The notes beneath the pieces are model-generated. The model searched no databases. It was not told where the DNA came from and saw nothing but the letters and a program-made list of their open reading frames with translations. From Candidatus Latescibacterota bacterium (GTDB taxonomy: Bacteria > Latescibacterota > UBA2968 > UBA8231), in assembly GCA_965197905.1 (NCBI GenBank), contig CBDAOB010000005.1, positions 320,001 to 384,000 on the forward strand: a stretch of 64,000 nucleotides of DNA, read 5' to 3'. Position numbers and translations under genes: made by a program. Below, in pieces: positions 49,576-58,808 of the stretch. Each line of letters begins with the position of its first letter. Positions within the stretch are counted from its first letter, which is position 1.

Positions 49576-50363
49576 AGCGCCAGCTCTAGCAGTCGTGCCG
49601 GCCACACGGTCGCAGGCCATCCCGACCAAAGGCGCGACGCCGCAACCAATCCCAACAGCGTGACGATTTCGGCGACTTCGCTCATGGCGCCACAAGTATC
49701 TCCGGTTAAACCACCCAGGCTCCGCCGAAAGAGGTGTCCGAGAAGGTGGGTGACGGATGCCACGAGCAACAACACCAGCACTCCGTGGGGGAAAACGAAG
49801 AAGGCGCTCATAGCCAACGCCGAGATCGTAGCCATGAGAAAGTCGCGCCCGCGGATCAGCTTGTGAAGATTTTTGTCGCGTCCCTCTCCGCGCGCCGCAG
49901 GGAACCAGAAGATACCGTACACGGCCGACCAGCGTCCCCAGACCGGCGCGATTGCTGCCCCCAGCCACCACCAAGGGCCGAGGCTGAAAATCCCCACCAC
50001 CTTAAAGGCCAAGACCAATATCAGACCGACCGCGCCCAGAGCTCCAATGCGGCTGTCGCGCATGATTTCGAGTTTGCGTTCTGGTGGGTGACCGGAAAAC
50101 ATGCCGTCACAGGTATCGGCGACGCCGTCCAGATGTAACCCCAGGCTGACAAAGGCCCACGTCGACACGACGAAGAGCGATGCCAACAGAGGACCCCAAA
50201 TTATTTGAGCGATAGCCCCAGCTGCGACACCCAAAACGCCGATGATCAGTCCCGCAGTAGGGAATGCCGCAAACCCTCGTGCCATGGACTGCTCATCTGG
50301 AGCCGGCAAACCAGCTACAGGAATGCAGGTGAGGAAACGCAGGGCTTCGCCCAGGGGACGCAT
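49572..50363 (-). CDS. cobS: Adenosylcobinamide-GDP ribazoletransferase (cobalamin synthase)
   Basis: FLTCIP, GLHLDGVADTCDG, IMRDSRIG, GGLTGD. Confidence 0.92.
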   Translation of the reverse strand: MRPLGEALRFLTCIPVAGLPAPDEQSMARGFAAFPTAGLIIGVLGVAAGAIAQIIWGPLLASLFVVSTWAFVSLGLHLDGVADTCDGMFSGHPPERKLEIMRDSRIGALGAVGLILVLAFKVVGIFSLGPWWWLGAAIAPVWGRWSAVYGIFWFPAARGEGRDKNLHKLIRGRDFLMATISALAMSAFFVFPHGVLVLLLVASVTHLLGHLFRRSLGGLTGDTCGAMSEVAEIVTLLGLVAASRLWSGWPATVWPARLLELAL

Positions 50364-50529
50364 AGGTCCCCAATAGTTTTTCGAATTCGGATCTCGCATC
50401 CCTCGATGGTTCCTAACGTGAGTGTAACCTAAGGACGAGCTGACCAAGCCCAACTCTACAGAGAGGCGAAGAAGGACGCGCTCCCCGCGCTCGAGTGTGG
50501 CACTACTCCGGCCCAATCGGCAGATCGCA

Positions 50530-50678
50530 CACCTGCGCGCCCGGCGTCCTTCGAGCGCATCCGCGTTCAGGTGCAAGTCACGTTCCGGCGCCACGGACGG
50601 CTCCGTCAGCACTGAACCCTCGGCGCCGCCGGCGACCAACGAGACGAACCCATCCCGGTGCAGCACCGCCTCCCACTG
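50530..50678 (-). pseudogene. Relic of the C-terminal domain of an RQLFxDD-family gene
   Basis: AVLHRDGFVSLVAGGAEGSVLTEP..LHLNADA aligns by eye with AVLRRDGFISLDAGTDEGLLVTQS..LCVNIDA of 28448-29836. Confidence 0.65.
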
Positions 50679-50886
50679 CTATTCACGCCCGTTGACTGCC
50701 GGTGATATAGATGCTCTTTGCAATGGCTGCGTCAAGTATTGTGCAGGTCTCTTCCCGGACTCTTTGTGGGGGCGCGATAGACCGAGCATTTTCGCCCCTA
50801 TTGCGTTATAATCTCTTAAGTCGGTTGTGGGCAGGGCCATCCTCGGCCTTGCTGTAGGTTCTCTCACCCTTGGAGGAGTCAAACAC

Positions 50887-51630
50887 TTGGCAGGTGGCCT
50901 CGTGCTCATCGTCGAAGATCAAGCCCTCGTAGCCGATGATCTCGCCCAAACGGTCCGGCAACTAGGATACGAAGTGGCGGGCATTGCATCAGCTGGCACC
51001 GAGGCCATCACGAAGGTTTCTCAAGTGAAACCTGATGTTGTCCTGATGGATATCAGTCTGCAGGGAGAGAAGGATGGCATCACGGCAGCTGAAGCCATCA
51101 ACAACCGCTTCCAGGTGCCGGTGATCTTCGTCACCGCCCACACCGACGCCGCCACGGTGCAACGGGCAAGGTCGGTTCGCCCAAGCGGGTATATTGTGAA
51201 ACCCTTCGATACAGAGCAAATCGGCCAGGCTCTTCGAAATGCCTTGCAGCCGGTCGATCAGCAAGTCGAGAGCGAGCGACAGGCGTCCATTCTGATCGTC
51301 GACAGCCTGGAGTACACGCAGGATACGATCGCAAGGGCTCTCCCGCGTGGTCACCGGGTGAGGTTTGCGGGGTCGTTCGATGCGGCCAGGCAAGCTCTTG
51401 CAGGGGGACAATTCGACGTGATCCTGGTGAATGTCGACATGCCAGACACCGGAGGACCATCGATTCGCACGATGAGGAGAGAGCTTGGGGTATCGGCGCC
51501 CATCATCGCCATCACCCAGAAGGTCGATCCGGGATTATCTGCCTTCTACAAGGCTGACGTCCAGATCCTTCTCGAGAGTTCACAACTGAAGTCCCGGCTG
51601 GCAGCCGAGATCAACCGCAGTCTGTCCTGA
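50887..51630 (+). CDS. Response regulator with one canonical and one degenerate receiver domain
   Basis: VLIVED, VVLMDI, FVTAH, YIVKPF. The second domain reads ILIVDS, VILVNVDMP, IIAIT. GGAGG precedes TTG 50887. Confidence 0.85.
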   Translation: MAGGLVLIVEDQALVADDLAQTVRQLGYEVAGIASAGTEAITKVSQVKPDVVLMDISLQGEKDGITAAEAINNRFQVPVIFVTAHTDAATVQRARSVRPSGYIVKPFDTEQIGQALRNALQPVDQQVESERQASILIVDSLEYTQDTIARALPRGHRVRFAGSFDAARQALAGGQFDVILVNVDMPDTGGPSIRTMRRELGVSAPIIAITQKVDPGLSAFYKADVQILLESSQLKSRLAAEINRSLS

Positions 51631-51647
51631 GAGCCGGACAAGCAGGC

Positions 51648-52997
51648 TTATGACGGTTCTCCGCTCGGCCACGGAAACCGCACGACGAACGCAGTGCCTT
51701 CCGTCGAGTCCAAGTCCAGAGTTCCGTGCAATTGCCGGCTCAGGCTGTTCACCAGCTGAAGGCCGAGAGACGTCGGGTTTTTTACATCGATTCCGCTCAC
51801 AACCCCCGCACCGTCGTCAGCAACCCGAAGTTCGCATTCACCTGCCAGCGACTTCATGCTGACTCGTATCGTGCCACCTCCCGGGCCGAAAGCGTGTTTG
51901 AGAGCGTTCGTCACCAGTTCATTCACAATCAGGCCACACGCGATTGCTCCGTCGATGTCGAAGTCGATACTGTCGATTTCCGTATGGAGCTCGATGTGTC
52001 GATCTGCCCGAGCTAAAGAAGTGCGCAGATTGTCACACAAGTCGCCCAGATAGTCTGCTACGTTGGGGTGAGCCATGTTCTCGGATTGGTAGAGCCGTTC
52101 GTGGACGAGCGCGATCGCGCGGATCCGGTTGTGACTCTCCGCCAGGATCGGAGTCAACTCGGGAGTCTGCACGTGCGAGCTCTGCAGGCTGATCAAGCTG
52201 GAGACCACCTGAAGGTTGTTCTTCACCCGATGGTGGACCTCCTTCAGGAGTACGTCCTTCTCGCTTAGAGACGAGCGCAGTGCCGCATCGCCATCCTCGA
52301 TGCGAGCCAACATTCCGTTGAAGCCATCGACGAGCCTGCCCAGTTCATCGTTGCCGAATTTGGTCGCCCGCAGTCCGTACTGCTGCTCACCAGAAACCCT
52401 GTTCGTCGTCTCCAGCAGACCAAGGATCGGCCTGGTTACGATACGCCGCAGCCGCGCTGCTAGAAGGAAGGCCAGCAGACCCGCGCCGATCGCGAAAACC
52501 ACGACAATGCGGAGGTAACGGTACAGCCGTGCGTCAAGCTCCTGCAGATCGCTTCTCAGGTAGACGGTACCGATCTGACTGCCTTCGAGGACGATCGGTT
52601 CGGTTATTTCCATAAAGTCGTCGCCGAACCGATAGCCTACTGGCGGCGGCTCGGACAGTAGGTTCGCCGATTCCACGCGGCCATAGGTGGCCAGGGGCAA
52701 GCCGTCTGTCTTGAAGATTGCCGCGGAGCCGATCTGCGCCTCGGACCGCAGAGAGGAGAGTACATCCTCGGCGTCATCCCGGTTGTCGAACATGAGGGCG
52801 GCGCTGGAGTTCGCCCCGACAATCTCGGCGATGGCCTTGAGCCGCTGAATGAGGGCCTCTCTGGAGCTAATCCGGTCGTAAGCGATGAACGCGGTGGAGC
52901 TGAAAAGGATAACCATGCCCGCCGTGCCCATGATGATCAGCGTGAGCTTGCGCTGGAGCGACAGATCGCGGATGCCCGACAACATCATTCCGGTCAT
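51648..52997 (-). CDS. Sensor histidine kinase (YfiN/CHASE8-like periplasmic domain, HAMP, HisKA_2, HATPase)
   Basis: Two TM segments, [52 protein letters not shown]. Confidence 0.9.
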   Translation of the reverse strand: MTGMMLSGIRDLSLQRKLTLIIMGTAGMVILFSSTAFIAYDRISSREALIQRLKAIAEIVGANSSAALMFDNRDDAEDVLSSLRSEAQIGSAAIFKTDGLPLATYGRVESANLLSEPPPVGYRFGDDFMEITEPIVLEGSQIGTVYLRSDLQELDARLYRYLRIVVVFAIGAGLLAFLLAARLRRIVTRPILGLLETTNRVSGEQQYGLRATKFGNDELGRLVDGFNGMLARIEDGDAALRSSLSEKDVLLKEVHHRVKNNLQVVSSLISLQSSHVQTPELTPILAESHNRIRAIALVHERLYQSENMAHPNVADYLGDLCDNLRTSLARADRHIELHTEIDSIDFDIDGAIACGLIVNELVTNALKHAFGPGGGTIRVSMKSLAGECELRVADDGAGVVSGIDVKNPTSLGLQLVNSLSRQLHGTLDLDSTEGTAFVVRFPWPSGEPS

Positions 52998-53335
52998 GAA
53001 TCCCAATACTGCTCGTCGTAGCCAAGCTGCTCGAGGGCGGCGCGTTGTGCGTCCGTCAAGTCGCTCCAGGCGTTGTTCTCGGAATCCGGTGCCTCCGTTT
53101 CGCCTTGCCAGCTGGCCTCATCCCAACCCAGCGTTTCCCACAGAGCTTGCTCATCCGCGGTGAGGTCTGCCCAGTCGTACTGGTCCCAGAAGCTGTTCAC
53201 GTCCCCTTCGGGCTGGCGTACGGCGGATGTGTCTGGCGAGGTGCCGGAGTCACCACAGCCGATCAGCAGTAGCGCACTGCAGATCAGGACTACGGTTAGG
53301 CGCACTGTATTCAGGGACGTCGATCTCTTTCCCAT
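52994..53335 (-). CDS. Small acidic Trp-rich lipoprotein with two internal repeats
   Basis: Lipobox [26 protein letters not shown] and [22 protein letters not shown]. Confidence 0.75.
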   Translation of the reverse strand: MGKRSTSLNTVRLTVVLICSALLLIGCGDSGTSPDTSAVRQPEGDVNSFWDQYDWADLTADEQALWETLGWDEASWQGETEAPDSENNAWSDLTDAQRAALEQLGYDEQYWDS

Positions 53336-53355
53336 GATCCGTCCTTTCATGAATT

Positions 53356-53961
53356 TCAGTTGACGACTCTCGCCAGCCGCAACAAAAGTGACGACAAATG
53401 GCATCCCTCCGCCTTGGCGGCGCGATGATTGATAATGATCTGCGGCTTTTCACCTTCCATTCCAATGCCTATGCCAAGACCCGACACTACATACTCGGGC
53501 ACGCCGGTCAGGGTGATGGTCCGCGTGGCCCGAGTGGCAGAAGAGATGGTTTCAACCTCCATGGCTCGTAGTGGCGTGACGTAGAGGATGTCGATGCCGT
53601 TTGCTTCGATAGTGCTCGCCAGATCGGAGGAATCGCTGATGTCAATCTCCAGACAGCGGTAGCTGAATCTGCCCATCCGCTTTACCGATGATGCTGCCTT
53701 TATGACTGCGTTCTTCGCTGTGAGGGATTTCCGAAATCTTTGCTGAAATGCCACGCCGACGACGAGTTCGTCATTGGCCCGCGCTGACAAATCGCCATCA
53801 AACAGCAACACCTTGGAGAACAGGTTCCACTGAACGGCTACCGGAACAGGCATTTCCTGCGTCCAAGATGGCGACGCCGACGTCAGAACGAGAATGAGCA
53901 TCCAACCGAGGCTCTTCTCTCGGACGGAGCTAGAGGCCTGTGATCCTAAGGGAAGCGTCAC
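53356..53961 (-). CDS. YfiR/HmsC-like (DUF4154) periplasmic protein
   Basis: Signal peptide, ILYV, C-terminal IIINHRAAKAEGCHLSSLLLRLARVV. Sits between a TonB receptor and a HAMP sensor. Confidence 0.75.
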   Translation of the reverse strand: MTLPLGSQASSSVREKSLGWMLILVLTSASPSWTQEMPVPVAVQWNLFSKVLLFDGDLSARANDELVVGVAFQQRFRKSLTAKNAVIKAASSVKRMGRFSYRCLEIDISDSSDLASTIEANGIDILYVTPLRAMEVETISSATRATRTITLTGVPEYVVSGLGIGIGMEGEKPQIIINHRAAKAEGCHLSSLLLRLARVVN

Positions 53962-54016
53962 TGACTCTTCCAGTCAGCCGAACTGATCGACATTTTTCGA
54001 CTCAGGGACGACCGGC

Positions 54017-55978
54017 TCATAACTCGAAAGCGATTCTGACGAGGTAGCTCCGCCCATCCTGAGTGATAGCGGCTTGCCGGTGGTCGAGTCCGCCTGGCGT
54101 TGAATAGGTGACGCCGAACAGATTCCCCACCGCGAACGACACTCTTAGAGGAGTAGGTTGAATACGTGTCGAAAGACGGATGTCGGTCAGAAGATACGGA
54201 TCGGTCTTGGTCCCGTAGACTGTGGTCCTGCCGGATTCATACTGCAGAGCTGAGGTCGCGGAGAAGGACCGCGACAAGGGATAGCTCAAGCCCCCCTTTG
54301 CGAGGTGTGAAGGAAAATTGTTCAGTTTCCTGTTCGACTCTGCATTCTCCGCGTGTTGTCGAGCATAGCTGACGTACCCGTGGAGCCCGCTCTGCTGCCG
54401 TACGGTGAGACCCAGCTCAACGCCGCGGGCATCGATCTTGCCGCTATTCTCGTACTGACCGATTCCATCGCTCGGATCCAATGCCCAATCGATCAGATCC
54501 GTCAATCTGTTGTTGTAGAGGACAACGGTGCCGAACATGCTACCGTTCAGTTTCTGCTCCCAGATGGCCTCCAGAGTTCTAATCTCTTCCGGTCCAAGAT
54601 CGCGATTGCGTCTGGCGTAACCTTCTTCTTCGTAGGTGGATTCGTACACGTTGGGCGCCCGAAAAGCCTTGCCGGATAGAAGCTTCAAGGTGCTGGACTC
54701 GGAAAGGTGATACACCAGGGCGATTCTCGGATTGACACTGCTGCCCACCGTTGAATACCCATCCCTTCGGGCGCCCAAGGTGAGAGCCAGTCGATCCGTG
54801 ATCTGGTATTCATCCTGCACGTAGAAGGAGAGCAGGTGATAGGGGGCACTGCCTTCGACGTAGACCCCGTACTCCTCCTCCGTTACCCAGTACTTGGCGC
54901 GAAAGTGTTCCTGGTATTCGACCCCGACGATCAGACGGTTGTACGCGTGAGTATCCCAGCGATACCTGAGCTCGTTTCCCAGCCAATTCCCGCGAGCATC
55001 CTCTGCTTCCAGGACCCCATCGTAGGGATACCAACCCGTGCCATCATAGTGGTTGAAGTAAGTCCGTAGCATCAGCATCCGATCGGCCCGGAAGTCGCGT
55101 TCGTATCTGAGTTCGACTAGACCCAGCTCATCGACAGTCCTGGACCGGCCGTCGTTAAAATCGATGCCGTAGACACCCGTAGGAATTTCCTTCTCCCGCG
55201 AAGAGAAATGGCCATGCAGATCGAAGCGCCCGTAGGTGATTCTGGCCGTTACCCCGTAGTGCTCATCGCGGTCCAGGTCCCGGGCGATGCCGTTGTTGGT
55301 CTCCGGACGGTCGAACTCCCGATAGTAGTGGTCCTGGCCATCGGTCTCCGACCACTGGCCGGCAAGAGCGAGATCCATTCCGTTGGCAAGGGACTTGCCG
55401 AACATGGCTTTCCCGGTTCGCGACCCGAAGCTGCCGACCTCGACAGCCCCGCGAACACCGTCGACGGCATTGCCGGTCTTGGTGATGACATTCACGACGG
55501 CGAACAAAGCACTGGATCCGTAGAGCGCCGAACCCGGCCCCCGCACGATCTCGATCCGCTCGACAGCATCCAGATTCAACCCCAGAGTTGGCCCGATGCT
55601 TGCGGAGGCCCAGACATTCTCGTTGAGAGTGGTCCCATTCAGCAGGAGTAGCACCCGGTTGTTGTAGTCCGTGGGCCGGCTCAATTCGCGGATCCCCACG
55701 TAGGCGTAGTTGCGATCGTCGCTTACGTAGAACCCGCGGACACTGGCAAAGATGTCTTTCAGAGTGCGATATCCGAAACGTTCAATATCCTCTGCCGTGA
55801 TGATAGTGATCGACGCGCCGGCTTCACGGCTTGTCTGCTCGTACTTGGCGTCGGTGCTAATTCGAGTGTTGAGCAGGTTCTTCAGCGCTAGAGCTGGATC
55901 TCCATCCTGGGCACAGGCGCCCCAAGGCACCAGGCCGAGGCTCGAGGAGAAAAGAAGTAGGAGGTATCGGTGTGTCAT
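54017..55978 (-). CDS. TonB-dependent receptor (FepA/CirA-like, YfiR-associated type)
   Basis: ITAEDIERFGYRTL, ERIEIVRGPGSALYG, AFRAP, NLF, terminal FEL. Confidence 0.9.
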   Translation of the reverse strand: MTHRYLLLLFSSSLGLVPWGACAQDGDPALALKNLLNTRISTDAKYEQTSREAGASITIITAEDIERFGYRTLKDIFASVRGFYVSDDRNYAYVGIRELSRPTDYNNRVLLLLNGTTLNENVWASASIGPTLGLNLDAVERIEIVRGPGSALYGSSALFAVVNVITKTGNAVDGVRGAVEVGSFGSRTGKAMFGKSLANGMDLALAGQWSETDGQDHYYREFDRPETNNGIARDLDRDEHYGVTARITYGRFDLHGHFSSREKEIPTGVYGIDFNDGRSRTVDELGLVELRYERDFRADRMLMLRTYFNHYDGTGWYPYDGVLEAEDARGNWLGNELRYRWDTHAYNRLIVGVEYQEHFRAKYWVTEEEYGVYVEGSAPYHLLSFYVQDEYQITDRLALTLGARRDGYSTVGSSVNPRIALVYHLSESSTLKLLSGKAFRAPNVYESTYEEEGYARRNRDLGPEEIRTLEAIWEQKLNGSMFGTVVLYNNRLTDLIDWALDPSDGIGQYENSGKIDARGVELGLTVRQQSGLHGYVSYARQHAENAESNRKLNNFPSHLAKGGLSYPLSRSFSATSALQYESGRTTVYGTKTDPYLLTDIRLSTRIQPTPLRVSFAVGNLFGVTYSTPGGLDHRQAAITQDGRSYLVRIAFEL

Positions 55979-56152
55979 AGCGCTTGTACGGGAGGATAAA
56001 CGGCCTTCGCGCTGGCTGAGTCAAGAATTCTAGGCGGCGTTTCCCCGAGATTTGTTCAGATTCACGGTTACGTCTTTCTTCGGTGTAGACGTCAATAGGG
56101 AACATCTGGTGAAAGGAACAAACGTTGGCTAGACTCCTCCAAAAGAGGAATC

Positions 56153-57760
56153 TTGCAAAAACAGGGCGATGGTTTCCGTCGTTTCTCCCACTGCATCGAG
56201 GGAAAATTGGTGAGCACCTTCCGGGAATGCCATCATCATAGTCTCAAGCTTCGCCAGGAGATGGATAGCTGGATCCACCAGAGTCGGCGCATGGATCCTC
56301 CCAGCCGGCACGGCGGCGGGGAAGACGAAGCTAATTATGTGCTGGCCTGGTTTCCCCACTACCTCGTCACACAAAGTGAAGCGGTTCGTGAGCATTTTTT
56401 CGATCTTCGTGATCTGCTGAGTGGATGGATTGAGCGAGAATGTCACCATGGATACGAGACTGAAGCGGAGGTCCATCACGGCACGGAGCCGTTTCTTCTG
56501 TTTCTTCCTCGGTTTCTCGGGCTCTTTCCTGACGATAACAAGGCAAGCTGGTTGCTCGAGGATGCCGCCCACCACATCGGGAACTGGATTGAAGGGGTCC
56601 CCGCCTGGTTCGACTGGGAGGCAAATCATTTCATTGGGTACCGGATCGGCTCAGTAGATGTAGAGAATTCAGAGAAGACACGGGTGGAGCTAGCCGAGCA
56701 TTTTCGGTTCATCCATATCGCGCTGGCCGCTCACCGTGTGACGGGCGAAGAACGATATCTGGATTGGGCCGTCGGCTATGGAAGAAAGCGTGCTCAACAG
56801 ATTTGCCATAACGAAGGGGATCGTCTTCCCGTGATGTGGGACCACGCCGGGAAGCCCATTTTTGAGGAGACGCTGTCTCGTCTTCAAGGTGGGATGGCAG
56901 CACAGAAACATCACGTCCAGGGCGATCCACTGGCTGGCGTGGAAGTACTGCTTGCGAGCGGGGCGATCTACGCGCTCGGCGATCTGTATCAGGCGACGGG
57001 CGAGTCGGTTTTCTCCGCCGCAGCCAAGCGAATCGCGGAACCCATGGTGGACCAGCTGTTGGATCCCTACAGTGATCCAGGCGCCGCAGCTATTTCATAC
57101 TACCGCTGGACGTTCGGCGATTCGTCGCTAGATACCCTCATCGAGAACCAGATTCGCAACATGCCCGCCGAAGAAGATGGGGAGTTGACAATCATGTTTC
57201 CCGAACACCAACGGCGTGTCTTGCCGGGCGTGGGGAAGCGGCGGGATATGGCCTTCTGGGGAGTCTGGCTGCCGGACGGATCGTCGAAGCCGTCTCAGGA
57301 GCCATCGACATCCGCCCTTACCCTGGCTTATCAGATGAGTGGGGAGGTCGACTTTGCGCGGCGCGCCTTTAAGCAAGCTGAGCGAAAACTCACGATGTCC
57401 CGTCGCGTCCTGAGAGGGGGTCGTGAGCACGCCGATATGGGTGGGGCGATCTGCTCCGCAGCAGCGGGACACGGTAGGAACTGGGGGTGGGGGGCAGTCA
57501 CCGGCTGCTACGGACCCCTGATGCTCGGTACTCGTGAGATCGAAAGCGCTGTCGTACCCATGGTCAATATCGAATCCGACGGTAGAATGACAATCCCCGA
57601 CGACATTCTAACCCTGGTTCGACCGAACTTGGACGGGGGGGCAATTGTGACCGTTTACAACGGAGGAGACACCATGCACAAGTTGACGCTTCACGCCCCA
57701 TCCCCTCTCTCAATTGAAATTGGTCCCGGTGAAACTGTAAATTTGAAGGCAGGTGAGTGA
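56153..57760 (+). CDS. Hypothetical protein, possibly an (alpha/alpha)6 glycosidase-like fold; start uncertain
   Basis: AHRVTGEERYLDWA, LYQATGESVF, LAYQMSGEVDF helical motifs. Confidence 0.55.
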   Translation: MQKQGDGFRRFSHCIEGKLVSTFRECHHHSLKLRQEMDSWIHQSRRMDPPSRHGGGEDEANYVLAWFPHYLVTQSEAVREHFFDLRDLLSGWIERECHHGYETEAEVHHGTEPFLLFLPRFLGLFPDDNKASWLLEDAAHHIGNWIEGVPAWFDWEANHFIGYRIGSVDVENSEKTRVELAEHFRFIHIALAAHRVTGEERYLDWAVGYGRKRAQQICHNEGDRLPVMWDHAGKPIFEETLSRLQGGMAAQKHHVQGDPLAGVEVLLASGAIYALGDLYQATGESVFSAAAKRIAEPMVDQLLDPYSDPGAAAISYYRWTFGDSSLDTLIENQIRNMPAEEDGELTIMFPEHQRRVLPGVGKRRDMAFWGVWLPDGSSKPSQEPSTSALTLAYQMSGEVDFARRAFKQAERKLTMSRRVLRGGREHADMGGAICSAAAGHGRNWGWGAVTGCYGPLMLGTREIESAVVPMVNIESDGRMTIPDDILTLVRPNLDGGAIVTVYNGGDTMHKLTLHAPSPLSIEIGPGETVNLKAGE

Positions 57761-58742
57761 TATGAACTATCGACCGTTTGGGAACACAGGCTTGGAGGTT
57801 TCAGAGATTGGGCTGGGTGCCTATCCGATGTCGGGCATGCAGAAGCGGGAAGACGGCTCCATGTTCGGGTGGAGCGGAACCTCAGACGTCGAATCGATTT
57901 CGATGATTCATCGTGCTGAGGAGCTGGGTGTCAACCTGATCGATTCTGCGGAACGTTATGGGACAGGCCATAGTGAAATCCTGGTTGGAACGGCGCTCCG
58001 AGGTCGGCGCGACAAATGGATCGTAGCGACGAAGGTGGCGCCGAATATCGGCGTGGAACGAGATGTGCCGGACGAAGCAGCGGCAAGGAAGCTGATTCGT
58101 GAGGCTTGCGAAGGGAGCCTGAAACGGTTGGGGATGGAGACGATTGATCTGTATCAACTCCATTCAGTTCCGCACGAATGGGCAATGCCGACCGTGATGG
58201 CGGAGCTTGCCAAGCTCAAGGAAGAGGGCAAGGTAAGTTTCTACGGGATTTCGACGAACAACCAGGCAGCGATTGAGAAGTTGCGTGCGTTCGGGCCCAT
58301 CGACGTCCTACAGATTGGTTACAATTTGCTCGAACGGAGCGCGGACGCCCTACTGCACTGGGCGAAGCAGGAGAATATCGGCACGCTTATCCGCGTCCCA
58401 TTGGCAAAAGGCATGCTCACAGGTAAATACTTCGGGGAAAACGCGGAGAAGTTGCCCGAAGGCGACTTGCGCCAGGAGCGTTTTCTACAGCCGGAGGTAC
58501 AGGAGGGCTTCAAGAAATTGCCGCAGCTCGCGTTTCTGGCGAACGAACAACGGTCAATGGTTCAGGCGGCGTTGCGATTTGTGCTCGATCATCCTGGCGT
58601 ATCCTGCGCGATCGCCGGAGCCAAGAATCCTGATCAGGTCGATCAGAATGTGAAGGCGTCTGAGATTCCTCCGTTAACCGATGAAGAACTAGATATCGCG
58701 CTGCCGATTGCGGATTCGATTGGGACGCCTGGATGGACATGA
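57753..58742 (+). CDS. Aldo/keto reductase
   Basis: GLEVSEIGLG, DSAERYG, ATK, SLKRL..IDLYQLH, YNLL, PLAKGML. Confidence 0.95.
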   Translation: MSDMNYRPFGNTGLEVSEIGLGAYPMSGMQKREDGSMFGWSGTSDVESISMIHRAEELGVNLIDSAERYGTGHSEILVGTALRGRRDKWIVATKVAPNIGVERDVPDEAAARKLIREACEGSLKRLGMETIDLYQLHSVPHEWAMPTVMAELAKLKEEGKVSFYGISTNNQAAIEKLRAFGPIDVLQIGYNLLERSADALLHWAKQENIGTLIRVPLAKGMLTGKYFGENAEKLPEGDLRQERFLQPEVQEGFKKLPQLAFLANEQRSMVQAALRFVLDHPGVSCAIAGAKNPDQVDQNVKASEIPPLTDEELDIALPIADSIGTPGWT

Positions 58743-58808
58743 TAAACGGAACGGCGAGCGTGACCGGACGAACGGCGAGCGTGTTCATTGAATTCGCCTA
58801 CCGCGGCG

